Source of the DNA: Paragordius varius
Lineage: Eukaryota > Animalia > Nematomorpha
Assembly (NCBI GenBank): GCA_964247055.1
Contig: OZ176051.1
Location: 11,532,001-11,596,000, forward strand
Length of the DNA: 64,000 nucleotides
Reading direction: 5' to 3'
Made by a program: the position numbers and the translations under genes. Below are positions 37,101-51,046 of the stretch, piece after piece (within the stretch, counting starts at the first letter, position 1; the number at the start of each line of letters is the position of its first letter). Under the pieces are notes generated by a model, which searched no databases, was not told the origin of the DNA, and saw nothing but the letters and a program-made list of their open reading frames with translations.

Positions 37101-40100
37101 TTAAAACTCCGTTGCATTATTAAATAAATTATTTGTAAGCTTATTTGGGGAATTTTCACCATGATCTCTGTCTTGGAGCTCAACAGTTTTGTCTTGGAAT
37201 TATACCAAAAATCATAATATTTTAAAAAATCGTTTGATTATATGTTGTTTTTATTTAAATTTTCATACAATACTTTATAGGCTTCTTTAAAACAGTGTTT
37301 GCAGCCGGTCTAAGCCCTTATAGAATCCGCGGTTCTTAGTTCCGCTAAAAGTTAAAATGGGTTATAGTTTTGGTTTTCAAAACAGTTTCCACTCCACTTT
37401 TTGGGATAGATGGTATGTTTTTTATAAATCATATAAACAATTTATTTTGGAATATAGCGAAAAAAAGTAACAATCTTTTAATTTTTAAATTTATCTGACA
37501 GTGATACAGGGTTTAGTGACGGGTCATAGAAGCAATCATGATCGTGACTGTGATTTCTTATAAAAATAACCTGCCATATCAAACATATTTTTACCAAAGA
37601 AAATTGTGGTATACTTGATATAGATGTAAAAAATATGAAGTTTATTGATATTATTAAGAGAATTTCTTACATGTTTGATAGTTTTAGTATTTTTAATAAG
37701 ATGGTTATATTCGTAAGCACATTCTTTGCTTAAGGTATCTATTCCATCATTAATGATTAGAAAAAATGTTCTTTCAAGTGAACCCAGCCAAATTATATAT
37801 TTAGCTATATAATAAGTATCCATATCAGCCATCTCAATCAATCCTTTCATGTTTCTATTTTTTAATCATCATATTAATGAATATGGCAAAATCAAAAAAA
37901 ATATATAATTTAATTTAATATATAAAAACAGTATAAGATGATCTAGTTTGTATTTGAGGCTTGGAAAGCTCTTTCCAGAGCTTACACTGTTTTTTGAATT
38001 TGTGCAGATTTGGAATACAAGCTATATTATATCACACATACCGTATAAATGCCCAATCCTATACGATATAAAGCCGAATTTTTGCTAATTTTTTATTTCA
38101 CATGCATTTCCAATATTTAGAAAGAGAATAGAATATAGCATATAGAATATTAGCAATGTTAAGTCAAATTATTCTATGAGTAAGTATGCTAGTCTTGAGT
38201 TAAATGTTGCCAGATATCATATCATCAAAGGGAATTACTATTGGCTAATAAACTAAGAAAGTGAAAATATAATTATATGCCAATAATATTGCCCTTTGCT
38301 GATTATTCCTGGCAATAATGAATTAAATAGCACTGCATACTTACTCACTCATACTGTATTGTGAAGCAAAAGCATTTATCAAGCGTGCACATTAATATAA
38401 AAAGCATGCGGGAGAAGCCTAGTTTTTGTTAGTTTGCGGGGTGTGTGTTAGCTTATTTAAATATTTTTACATAATGCATTTTGCTTGGGTATTTCCAAAG
38501 TTCATCAATATCAGGAGACATTTGGAACCTTTCAGCTATGTCCGATGGTACAAAATAAGTGAATTTTACGCGTTCATCTTGCATGTTAGGTATAAAATAT
38601 GCTCGTTCAATCATACGAGTTACCATTCTAATTCACATTTAGCCAAATAATTTATATTGAGTTACAAAATATAATTAAACATAGTTGTAATAGCGCGGAT
38701 ATTTTTTATATCAATTAATTGTCACCTATTTATGTCGTATAAATCATCTAACTTAACTTAAAATCGACACCTTGAAAAATGAAATTTCAAAACCTTAAGA
38801 TATTTGAATTTTGACCAATATTAGGTGATATAAAATATATGTTTGTATTAGTTGAGGTAATAATAAGGAGTGTCCATAACTCAGAAATGTACCCTGATAT
38901 TTATCTGTTTCCAACTATTTTAAATCATACATTCAATTTAATAGTGACACATATTCGAGGGAGGAAAACGAGGTATTGGATTAAATTAAACGAATACAGA
39001 TCAGTCATTAAGTCTGGATAAAAAATAGCCGATATCAAAAAACCGTAGCGAATGTTTATAATTTAGTGGTATGAGAAAACTGATTGACAAAGACATTATA
39101 ATTACTGTTTAATAATTCTTTACTGATCGTAATTAAATCTATATTCGCACACTAGTGTACATTTAATTTAGGGACTTATTATCTAAAAAATTATAATCCT
39201 TAATTAATTGGAGACTTAGGCGTCAATAATTGTATTTGGTTAAAAGAGTAAAAGTAGATTAATAAATACGAAAATTGTGGATATATTTGTATGTATCTAA
39301 AGGCATCGAGATACGGGATCCCTAGCACAGAATCTACAATATGTATTACACCATTGGTAACACCAACGTTCGGTTGAATAATTTGCGCCATAACGCCTCC
39401 CCCCTTAACAAAAGTATCTAAAATTGAAAAGTTTAAATTTATCAAATAAAGTTTAACCGTTACTTTTAGTAATACAGTAAAAATTAAAATTATACGGACA
39501 GAACGACATTTTTTTAAACCCAGAATCGTAAATTACATAATTGATTTTATCATCATACATATCACTCATACTTTGCAAATTTAAACAATGAGCTATATTT
39601 AAAAATACCAAGTTTAAAAAAGTACAACGGTGTTTAAAAAAATATTTATCTTTTTAGGTTTTGCCCGTGTAATTTCAATTTTTACTGTATAAATAAATGT
39701 TTTACAGCCAGCTAAATGGTCGTAATGGAGAAGGCTTAATCCATGATCATGCAAAGTTTTTTCCAGCGCTATATCGTTCCGGTTATAGGTGTAAAACTTT
39801 GTCCCAGGTATCAAATGCATATTGAGTATCTAAAAATTATTTGTCATATGTGAGTCTATTTTAAAAACTAAAAAATTGGTTCCTTTGACCAGCTACATTT
39901 TTTCTTTCTAATTACAAGAATGCAAATCATCCAAAAGTTTTGTGTATAAATTTTAATTTTTAAAGAGTATTTATATTTATTATTTTTTTTTAAATTACAG
40001 CTTTTAGCTTTGCGGGATCCTTTAAATCGTTTTGATTGGCGAGGGGAATTTTATTAAATGCCGCATCTGTTGGTGCGAAAATCGTTAATGGTCTATTGTC

Positions 40101-43100
40101 ACCCAACAATAGGTTGCTGAATTCCGGAACATTTAACAGGTTAGCAAACCTCCTGTAAAAAATAAACACCATTATATAAATATTAATTAGATCTAGAATA
40201 TATTTGTCCGATAATATATCTATTTTTTATATAAATTTTATTTTAACCAAATTATCTTGTCTTAGTTCATTCCTATATATATTTATTCAATTACATATTA
40301 CAAATTTTAAAAAAGAAGGTATGCAAATAGTTTTACGTTAAGTCCGGATGTTTTCTAATGAATTCAGCCCTGTCATCCTTGATGACGGCTAAAACATTGT
40401 CGATTATATGGACAACGCCATTCCCCAAGGGTATATCAGGTGTTATAATTCGGGCATAGACGCTACCCTCTTTAATGTGATTATAATTGGTCCGTGATTC
40501 ACTCACGACATAATCTAATAATAAAATAATACCATATGAAAATTAAACTTTTTTGTCACATAAAAAGAAAAACATAAGGACAAAAATTTTTATAGGGACA
40601 GTTAAAGTTTATTTATAATTTGTGAGGGATATAGATGCAAATTAATTATACATTTATATTTACATTTGAAATAATTTAAGTCATATGTTAAAAATCACGG
40701 ATTTAAAAATATATTAACTCTTTAGTTTTGCTCTTGGAATGTTTTGTCTTTATAATTTTACAATTAAAATTTTAAAAGCGTGTGAATATAACTAAAATAT
40801 TTTACATTCAAGCGGTGTATATTGATATGGCTCTTCTATTTCTGTATATGTATTCTGGTTGCCACCATAATAATTTACAGAAGCAAAGTTGGGGCCTTGT
40901 GGTGGTATATTTGCGTAAGATGGACCATTGCCCTATATAAAATATTTATATTAATTGATAACAGAAAGTTTTATTTAGATTATAAAAATAAATACTTGAT
41001 TACTAAATTTGTACGACTCGATTTTTTAATTATACTGCTGTAAGTGGATTATATATATTGATAAAATATCATTAGGATTTTTAGACTAATCAAACAAATA
41101 TACGTCGGTGGTATTTAGGAAATACAGGCTTATGGATATATATAACATAGACAACAAAATTTGACTTTTTCAAGGGCCATTTTTGTAAATTTCAAATTTA
41201 TTTCAGTAAAGTACACAAATAGTCTATCTAGATGAAAAATATGATCTAACACCTGAGAATTTTATGGTTTATCGGAAATTTTTGTCCCCGATTTAACATT
41301 AAACTCGAAACTTTCATAATTTAAAGTTTTTGATATATAGCCGAGTATTTTATATCATTCGAAAGAGCGCAAATAACAAAATCTCCAATGGTAGGTCATT
41401 TAAATTAATCTGATTTAAAAGTTATTTGTCTATATATAATAAATATTGTCAATCCTTAAACGACTAACTAATTTAAAAATTATATAAATTATTTTAATAC
41501 AATTATTAGAGTTATATTGCATTAGTTGTATATTTTTAAAAAATATTTTTTAGTAAAATTTTGGTAAAGCGCTAATTAAAAAAATCTAATTACTTTGGTA
41601 GAATTATAATTTTTTATTCAGGTTTACTGTTAAAACAATGATATATATCATAAAATGCAAAAAATCGAGTGGCAGAAAAAATATTACTTAGTAATGAATT
41701 GTAGATAAAATATATCCTTAAATATATATATGGTAGGAAAAATATTATTGTGTTTTCGGTTTAGTGGATAACTAGCGATTTAGGAAGATGCTTGATGCTT
41801 CATTCCAATATTATATATAATTAATATAAAGCTTTAAATATAAAAAAATAATGTTCAATTCTCAGAGTGGGCTCCAAAATTCTCTTTTTTATACAGTTAA
41901 GCTAGTTCCTAAGATGGCAAATATGCCTAGAGTGGGCGATAACCACATATTATATATATTTAGGGCTTTAAAATAATACATATCGAATAATGATTTATAG
42001 TTTTCAGAAAAATTTAGGGGCGTATTTTTTGGTATTTGAATCATTGTGAAACCGTATTAATTTTTATATATTTTGAGATAAATCCTTAGCAAAGAGCGAA
42101 AATTGGTACTACAAAAAGTAGTTTCTAAAATTTAGTAAAATATTAATAAATGCGCACATGTTTTTCAAAATGAGGCCTGCGAAGCCATATAAGTGGGCTC
42201 ACCTGAAGTAATAAATAATATTTTATTTAAATACCGTTCTATCCTGTTGAAAATATGACTGTCCATATGGCGCGTCATTAGAGAATGGTACAGCTTTCGC
42301 ATTTGATCCAAATGTTCTTGGATATTGATTGTCGTTTCCCCTAAAATTACTGTAAGAAGGCATGTTGGATGTTTTTGATGCATCATTGATCTGATTTTCA
42401 TATGAATATCCGTTTGAACCTGATCTGTATTGGGAAGATTGTTGAGGAACATTTCTATAATTGTTTGGTTCCCTTCCATATTTACCAACATTACCATTAA
42501 AGCACTGAATACCACTTTTGGGATCACAATAAGGGATGTATGATTCAGGTTTGAGCCAAGGTGTGATAGGAACTTGTGCGGACAGTCTAGGTTCTCCATA
42601 CAAAAATATTGAAGCATAGCCGCTGGTCCTTAAAGGTGTTCGGTCGCCATACATGAGAGGTCGCGAAAATAAGATTCGTTTGGGTACAATGTGAGCTTGT
42701 ATAAACTATATATTAATTTATTCTAAAACAATAGCCAAATTCAAAATGCTGAAAATATAAGGTTTGAAGTAGTCAAGAGTCTAATTCGTTTATTATTATT
42801 TCCAATAATATTACTTGACATTATAGTTTAATTTGTTTGAGTCAGTTTTAGATTAGTTTTTTTTAACAATTAACTAAAAACTTATTATACCACTTTCAAA
42901 CATAAAAGACCATTATTACCATATTATCAGCCGGCTGGATTTTATTGAATGCTTCATATGTGGGTACGAACAGTGTAAAAGGAGTGTTGAGATCATTCAA
43001 TAGAGAAGCTGTTTGATCGAGTTCGAAACTGAAAATTTGGAAATATTAGGACATAATATATTTATTAATCATGTAATAAATTTTTTAAGCTCTTACAATC

Positions 43101-46100
43101 TTTGGTGTTTTTTAAGTTCCATAATGTATTGGAAAATAGTTGAGGAGTTTCCCAATGGATAAAGGACTCGATCTACCGTGTGATAGATACCGGGTTGTCC
43201 TAGCGGTCTTCCAAATTTAACAATTTTTCCAGAATTCACGTAAATATCCTATTAAAAACAATAAAGAAGAAAACTTTATTTTTATTTCATAAAAAAAATA
43301 TTTTGCTATTTATCTTTTACAAAATTCCATTTGTTTTAATTGTTTTTTTCGAAAATCGCAAAATTTGAGCACAACCTGCTAAATAATTTTTTTGCAGATA
43401 CATGTAACACCGAAAAATATTAAAATCAATCATAATGCATAATTCATATTTTAAAGAATGTTTACAGAATGATTCCCATTTTTAAATGGGCTAATTTCTT
43501 AATCGAGATTGCGCAAAAGATTTCGATAAATGCTGGATTCTAACATAGAGGGTTTTTTATTATTTGAGATAATTTATATGCATTACTATACTTTGGTATT
43601 TTGAAGCTAGGAAACGTTATAAAACGATTTATAATACATAGATAAGGTTTTATACAATTCGTTGGGCTTAAAACTTTTTCAGTATATATTTTAGATTAGA
43701 AGAGATGTTTGCCTTCAATTTTAGCTTTTTGTGAAAAGTGATTTATTATATAATAAATAACAAAAATCTGTGTGATAGAAATATTCATTACTTTATTATA
43801 TAGAAAGGTTGTTTTGCTATAATATAAAAGTTTTTACCGTTTCCACTATGATTCATACCCATGAATTACGTTATAAAAATATTTAAAATAATTTAAATAA
43901 ATGATACATTTTATTAAATCTTATTTACGGTATAATTATTATTGTGCAATCTCAACGTTTTTGAGTATATTGAGAAAATTAGTTCTTTTTGCGGATCAAA
44001 GATTAAAAATTTCAGAAAACCTCATATAAAATTTTAAATTTTATGCAATTTATTATTAAAATGATAATTTTATAGCTTATAGCTTTCAACAAAAATTTTA
44101 TTTAGCGAATGTCCGCACATTTTGCGATTCGAATAAAGCCCACAAAAGAGCTATAACTTTCTTTCACTCAAAAGGCTCAAAACCAAAATCACCATGAAAA
44201 TCCTGATACATTTTCTGTAATTATAAATTCAACTGGATATTTATTTTGTGTGTTTGTCTCGCAAAATATATTATTGAGGTTAACAACTTCAAAATTCTAC
44301 AAAAAAAATCCAAACAGGTAGCAACTGACATTTTAAGAATATGTAAATATCATATAAATACATTAATATATGCATTTAAATAAGTAATATTTTGTTAAGA
44401 TAGATTATAATAGATAAATGACGGATTAATAATGTTTAATAACAGTTGAAATCCGTGATATAATGATGTGAACAAGAATTAAACTGAAAATTAAATTGAA
44501 AATTATATTCCATTAATTCACAGATATAACAACTCTTAGATTAGATAGATTTCACAAGCGTTCGATTAAAACTTGTTTTACTTTGAGTTTATATCAGTGG
44601 TTAAAATAATTTAAATAGCTTTTTAGCCTATTATCATTTTTGCATAAAAGGTATATGATTCATCATTTACGAATATAAGGAAATAGCGCAATCGCAAATT
44701 ACGCTATCTCACAAGTAGTCAAAATTAAATTTATAAAAAAAATTGACTATAGCTTGTAAAACAATTTTTAAACCTTTTGATCATAATAATTGGTTGGTCC
44801 AAATACAAAATTTAAATATTTTTAAAATTGATTTATATTCTTAATCTCATATATACCGTATGCATTCTAATACTCGCTAATTCACGGTAGATAAAGTGCA
44901 ATCTGAATGGCCAATTTTTAAAAGGGCTAATTATACTGTTAAATAAATGATTATCAGACACAGTTTAGTTATTTATACCCTGTCTTTAAGTATGGATGAT
45001 GCTAAATCGTTTGCATCCATCAAATTTGATTGAAAACTAGGGCCTGCTAATGGATTATTATAACCATAATTGCTATCATACACGGCTCCAACACTGTTTC
45101 CGACTCCAACAATCCTGTTATTTTGAAGTGATGCATAGCGGTCATTGTTGTAATTATAGTTATTTTTTCTACCTGCCTCATGATAATTTATGGCATATGG
45201 GGATGGTTGAACATTAACCCGATAGGTGTTGGGTCTGTAGTAGGCGGCTTCATTTTCGGTTAAACCTGGCGGATTTGACATGAAAAGTGATTGTTTTCTC
45301 GTTACTGTTATCCATACTCGTCCGGAACCATAAGTTTCATAAGATCTATTGCCTCCGCTCAATAAATCATCTCCTGTTATGATTGTTTTTACTAGCGCGG
45401 TAAAATAAAATAATTTTGGATAAAAAAAATAATTACAAATCTTTAAGTTATAATACAGTATGCACATTAATGTTGATCAACTCACTAACATTATAGTTGG
45501 ACAATTGGTAATACATTGCGTATGATATAAAATTAATTTTGTCCATAATTAAAAAAATAAATAAGGTGTAAGATAGGAAAAAATTGTTATTTTTAACATT
45601 TTGCTGTTTTTTCCTATACACTCTTGCGCTGTGGCGAAAAATAATTATGAACAACAATAATGTGCACATTGATAATATATAAATATATGATTTAATTTTA
45701 CGGATAAGAGTAGAGTATTTTCCTTATGACTCCCTTAACTTCTTTCTATAGTTGTGAATATATGCTAACCAGGGTAATCATCGGAAAGGTTTATTGAGTT
45801 TTCAATAACCTGACACTTAAAATGCAGTTACGGTCGTTTAAATATATGTAACCATCGCAAACTTAATAAAATCGTAGTGAAAACTTAAGTTTAGACTAAT
45901 TTTTATAAGAAGCCGGCATATGAATGCATTGGTCACTAAATGATTTTCCTTTTTAATTATCATATTGATTTTGTGAAAATATTTCACCATACGCCACTGT
46001 ATGATATTGAATAAAATTGTGGTAGCTATAATATAAACCAGGTGTAATCATAAGTCCTTCCCGGGTTAATGAGACGATGTCAACGAAAAGCAAGCACCCT

Positions 46101-49089
46101 ATTGATTTGTCACAGAGCATATTGTCCATACGACTATAAACCAAGACATAAGTTACACTCCTATTTTTAGGAATCATTTTGTATTTTGTGCCTAAAAATT
46201 TCACCTTACGCCTTGCTTTTTCTATATTGGCAGAAGAAAAAACTGGTTAGCCATCATTCATTACCACAAACATATGGTTCACATGTACCAACGATTATAC
46301 ACGTGAAATTTAAAAAATGTAAAATTGTGATTTAAATATGAGATAGCGAACGCTTGGGCAGACCATGCACGCGAAAAGTGCAAGAATCATTGAATGATGA
46401 CCCAGCTCAAACTCAGCTACAATAGCCAGAAGCATCACATGTATTATAAAAAATCAGTAGACTTCTACATTAGAGATCAATAAACTCGGAAAATGGGGCC
46501 GAATTTGAATGATCGTCAAAAGCGACTTTATTTTGTAAATCTATTAAATCGTGGCTTTCAACTTACCAGGTTGGTCTATCAAAAAGGATAAATCAGTTGG
46601 GAAGTAGACCATGCTGAGTTTTTGGTGAGATTCCAGTGGTATTCATAAACATGTGAAGCCAATCCGTTAGTATATAACGCTATCAACAAATGTTAATTGA
46701 AACAATACATTAATAAACAACCGGAATTCAGATGACATGGCAAAATAATTTTGATCTGAATACCGTTTTCCACAGCTGAACCAGTAAAAGACACCTTAAA
46801 TTCAATTCGATGGTAAACTTTTTGCATCCACTAAGCTCTACCTGGGTCGTCTGATTATTTTTTACTTCGCATCAATGACATATATACTCATTTAGCAGAA
46901 CTTAAAAATTTTAAACGTCCAAGATGGTTTGACGGATGGTTTGTCGCAAAAAACAATCAATTTCCATTATCAGAATACACAAAGCGTATAGAAATCGTTA
47001 GACGATAAATATTTCGAATAAAATCTATATTTAATTACCAATATTACTTTCTTACTTTAATAACCGGTAAACACCTATGATTACACCTGGTAGTTTTGAA
47101 AACAAAAATATCAAATTACGCATGTGGTATTTCAGAAAGGGATATTCGATTCTTAATTGAGGATACTGTCGAAATGCCAATTCAAGAGCATTATTCGTAG
47201 GCGCCATAAATGTATATGGCATGTATTGATCGGCGAATTCCTTTTCAAATCCTAACTCTTTGATATACCTACAAATCTATAAAATATATATTTTTTAAAT
47301 AAAATACGAAAATAATAATTTTAAAAATTATTACATAAATGAGTCATATAATTACTAATCGCTTTTACATGGCAAAATAATTGTAATGATATCCACATTA
47401 ACTATTATTATAAGAAGGTGCGCTATTGTAATTGTTTATTTATGCTTTTCAACATTTTTTAATAAAAAAGTTATCTTAAAGGGGTTAGTTGTATTAATAC
47501 AAATTTTTAACCTTTAAACTTTATAAATGTATTCAGATTATTATTATAATGCATAAATAACCATAAAACAATACAATACTGCGAAAATGTTTATGTTATG
47601 AAAATATAATTTTTTCATGGTGAAAAATATTTTATTGCTTCCGAAATAAAAGTGTACATGTTATATTTTATAAGAGTATGTAATTTTAAATAAATTATAA
47701 TATATGGGAAATTAATATGCAATATTCATTTATTAAAAAAATTGATATCGAATAATATATTTTTTTTTCATATTAATGACTAGACTTGGCAAAATTATAA
47801 ACTTTGAATGTTTTCAATAAAAAATTGTAAATAATAACCCAGAAAACTTATATATTCTTTATTACGTTTAAAATCTTATAAATATTTAAAATATTTTTAA
47901 GAAATTAATAAAGATATACGGTTATTGAATGATTAAAATTGATACTGATTTAATATTTATGTAAAAAATAAATGAATGATATACGGTTTGATTGCTAAAA
48001 GTTTAAATCAACACAAAAAGTCAAGGACGATCCTGAAGTGTTCAAGGATTAACTTGAAATATCAAGGACCAACTTAAAATGTAAGAACACTCTTGAAGCG
48101 CAACATAGTGAATATTTTTAACTAAAAATGAAAAGTTTTTAAATATTAATCTATATAATCAAATCTTGTTCCATGCTATGGTTTAGTAAATATTTAGTAT
48201 TATAACAACTAAAATTTTTTACAGTTGTTAAAAATAAATCAATTTTCCCGTTTTTAAAGGTAAGCCATATCCAAAAATAATTTAGATCAAAAATCTGCAT
48301 TTTAAATTTATTATTTTACCCCAATAAACTTTTATGAACAGAATCAATTTAATCATCACGCAATTAAATTAACATCATAAATTTTGTGCATAAGTAAAAC
48401 AATAATTGATTAAACAAAAATAATGGATATCAAGTCATGGATTAGTAAAAGGGAGGTACTTAATCAGAATTTACTCAGGTACTTTTAATTACAGTCATGT
48501 ATCCTTTATTTTATCAAAAATTTATTTTCTTTCGTTGGTATAAATATGTGTTAAAGAATGGAACAAGTGCTCAATGGTATTAACAATCCACATTAAAAAA
48601 ACATATACCATAGATCTCATGTTTTTCCATTCTTTACCAAATATTATACCCATATAACAAAAAAAATAAATTTTTGATAAAATAAAGGATACATGACTGT
48701 AAAATATGTGGGAAAAGATGTATATAACATACTGTTGTAAGTTCTGGATCCTTAAACAATGTATCTAAAACTGCATTGTTGGTTGGTAACATAGGGTTTC
48801 CGCCTTGTGACTGTTGTTTACCCGCAAAAGAATTTTGATGTGAATATTGATATTGTTGGTGATTATTTATATTATTAATACTAGGGTAATTAATAGGGTT
48901 TTGGTGTTGTGGGGCCGGAGGAGGCATGTAAGGGGGATTGTACGTATGATGAGAAGAATAGATTTGTTTTTTAGTACGATTCCTTTTTATTGACACATTT
49001 CGATCGGGAGAATAGCCATTATTTTCACATTGCACATTAAAGTACGCGGAAAATAGTAAAACAAATATTATTGGAAATATATATTTCAT
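34149..49089 (-). CDS. Fas1: Fasciclin-1-like cell-adhesion protein: signal peptide, four FAS1 domains, C-terminal GPI signal
   Basis: Signal peptide MKYIFPIIFVLLFSAYFNVQC (ATG 49089). H1/YH/H2 motifs: YTFMAPTNNA..KYHM|LKTII (47200/45391), GIYHTVDRVLYP (43190), FTLFVPTYEAF (42970), NGVVHIIDNVL (40410), LTIFAPTDAAF (40075), TNGVIHIVDSVL (39350), FTYFVPSD (38550), VLRNHIL (36937), TNGIIHVIDNLL (34280). Ends RNGALTLQTVSRYPLLIMIFIISFCFY*. All main exon phases are compatible except one unresolved junction near 42170-42240. Confidence 0.85.
35080..35644. mobile_element. MITE family 2 (TA|CCATTTGCA..TGCAAATGG|TA, 21-bp subrepeats); partial copy at ~47820-48100
   Basis: TIR CCATTTGCACTTC(C/A)A(G/A)AGTGTCCTTGAACACT(T/G)CAAGTTGGTC; tandem GTTCAAGGACCAACTTGAAGT-like units at 35520-35640; TA on both sides. 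Confidence 0.85.
37671..37854 (-). other. Candidate alternative (mutually exclusive) exon B of Fas1 FAS1 domain 4; partner exon A at 38471-38627
   Basis: AG/GT-bounded, 184 nt, same phases (2 in, 0 out) as exon A (157 nt). Similar layout: LIEMA vs MIERA, RTFFLIIND vs FTYFVPSD. Confidence 0.55.
38160..38420 (+). mobile_element. Possible retroelement integrase zinc-finger relic
   Basis: + strand ARYHIIKGNYYWLIN*ESENIIICQ*C resembles the YYW..C-x2-C half of the HHCC integrase motif; several stops. Confidence 0.3.
46043..47085 (+). mobile_element. Ginger-like DNA transposon relic (TGT..ACA TIRs, Gypsy-type integrase remains) in a Fas1 intron
   Basis: TIR TGTAATCATAAGT..CCGGGTTA versus reverse complement TGTAATCATAGGT..CCGGTTA; flanks CCAGG / CCTGG. 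The + frame reads EASHVL*KISRLLH*RSINSENGAEFE*..FCKSIKSWLSTYQVGLSKRINQL, resembling an rve core (SDNG.EF..G..ER.N..L). Confidence 0.5.
48492..48699. mobile_element. Tc1/mariner-type hairpin MITE in Fas1 intron 1
   Basis: TA|CAGTCATGTATCCTTTATTTTATCAAAAATTTATTTT ... AAAATAAATTTTTGATAAAATAAAGGATACATGACTG|TA; long near-perfect TIRs. Confidence 0.85.
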
Positions 49090-50632
49090 TATAGGAAGTA
49101 AAGTTATTCCAATTAACAAAAGTTATTATAAATATATTTTAAACTGTAAATGTATTTGTATGTGTATTGTGGAAAAAATATATTATAAATACTAGTAATA
49201 CCTTTGCTTTAATAACAATTTTTACCTGTAAATACCAATAAAAGAAACAAAAATTATAAATGCTTTTTTCCAAATTTCATCATTACTGACTGCTTATCTA
49301 TAAATGTTTTTCGTGTTATAAATTAAATATTATTTATTTTTTAGTTTTCTCCAAAAAGACAAGAAATAAACATACCCTCTGAAATATAAAATTATATTAT
49401 TTGAACCCAGGTATTTATATTATGTTGTGTCCTTTACACTAAAAAATAAAAAAATGTTTTTATTCATTTATTATATAACTATATGTTTGCTTTGTAATTT
49501 AATATTATTCTCATTACATTAGAAGACATAAAAATTGTTTGTACATTTAATAAGCGAAATTATGTAAATATATTATGCTAAGTTGGGCACCTGATAAAGC
49601 CTCTATGCATTTTTATTTACCATTTTGTCAACGAGAACAAATATTTTATGTTAAAATAATAATTTGAATTCTCGTAAAATTTTAATTGAACACCAAAATT
49701 TTCGATACAGAAAATAATAATGATAAAATGTTTAATAATCATTCTTATAAATAAAAAATTAAAAAAGTATTAATAAATATACAAAACTAATTAACTAACA
49801 ATGTCAAAATTGTGACAATTGGCGCTTTACATTTTACAGACATTTAGAATTCGATAAGCCTAAAGGCTTTACTTACATAAATGTACTCTAAAATATATAT
49901 TTAATTCAGGGGTTTCTGTTGTAGCATGGGTCCTCATTCTGCAGAGAAGGTTTTTAACATTGTTAATCAAAAATTGTGTAATACGACCTTTAATTGTTTA
50001 TTTTTCTTTTGCATAAGATTTATTTATTATAAATCAAAATTTTTTAAAAAATTAAGCCTAGATTCGTCACTATCAAAACATTTCCAACGATAAACGACTG
50101 ACTTAATAATATTAACGGCACTTGTGGTATTTGATTCTGTGTCAGAATACCGTTATTTAAAAACAAAAGTAATATTAAAAATACTGGCATCATCAGTGAT
50201 AACAGCAATATTAGTCATAACATAAAATTAAGACACTATCATCCAACTTAAAACATATTATACATTCAATAGATATATCCATAACTATATGTTCATCGTT
50301 ATATTTAACATATAAAATATGTAAGCCCATTCTTGTTGCCAATCAAAATAAATGAGTTAAGGGAAAATAAATCAAGAAATATAGAATTAGAATAATTTGC
50401 TGTTTGGTATTGATTTTTTATCCATATACAAATTTAAAGGCCTGGGCACGCGGTCTTCGAGCTTTATGTGCGACTCACGAAAAATTACCATAAATTGCAA
50501 AAATATGCTTAAAAACTCTTAGTTAAATTGATATTTTTAAACAATTTTTTTTTGAAATCAATAAAATAAGCAAGGAACTAGACCTCATTATTAAACCGTG
50601 TTTATGCTCGAAATCTATCAAAATATTAAAAA

Positions 50633-50636
<4 letters not shown>

Positions 50637-50692
<56 letters not shown>
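50637..50692. repeat. (TA)n microsatellite, the longest in the window; others at ~2149, 8170, 8607, 9273, 12923, 13978 and 62357
   Basis: Direct reading of the TA runs. Confidence 0.95.
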
Positions 50693-50696
<4 letters not shown>

Positions 50697-51046
50697 CAGC
50701 TCGCCAGGTCTTTTGAGTTAAAAATGTGGCCTCGAAGCTATTTGTGTTTGACACCCCTTCGATTTTAAAACTAGTAATTTGATTAACAATTAGTTAATCA
50801 CATCTTGCCAAATTTTGTGATATTTTTTATTAGAAAAAACCAAAAGCTCTACCAGCTGAGAAGTATTTAACCTATGTATATTAAAAAAAATTATTCAATT
50901 AGCGGATCATTGATTGATTTGGCCCCTATTTAAATGTCAAATCTATAATGGTTTTTGAGAAACTAGTAATATCTTCAACTATATATTTTACCATATTGAG
51001 TCAATCATATTTTCATAAATATTTCTGAATTATCATAAATGTATAT

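Noticed and set aside
42165-42617. 150-aa overlapping ORF in a second frame of a Fas1 exon
   Set aside because: No recognisable motif; the other frame links to the upstream FAS1 exon (FIQAHIVPK). Dual coding is unsupported, although the downstream junction is unresolved.
43186-43204. TACCGGGTTGTCC resembling a mariner TIR
   Set aside because: It is the reverse complement of the Fas1 coding exon (GQPGIYHTVDRVL).
45953-46040. FAS1-like IQYHTVAYG on the minus strand
   Set aside because: Followed by an in-frame stop; YHM|LKTII already joins 47119 to 45391 in phase. Treated as intronic coincidence.
49900-50250. hAT-like NIAVITDDAS motif on the minus strand
   Set aside because: A single short motif with no supporting frame or termini.
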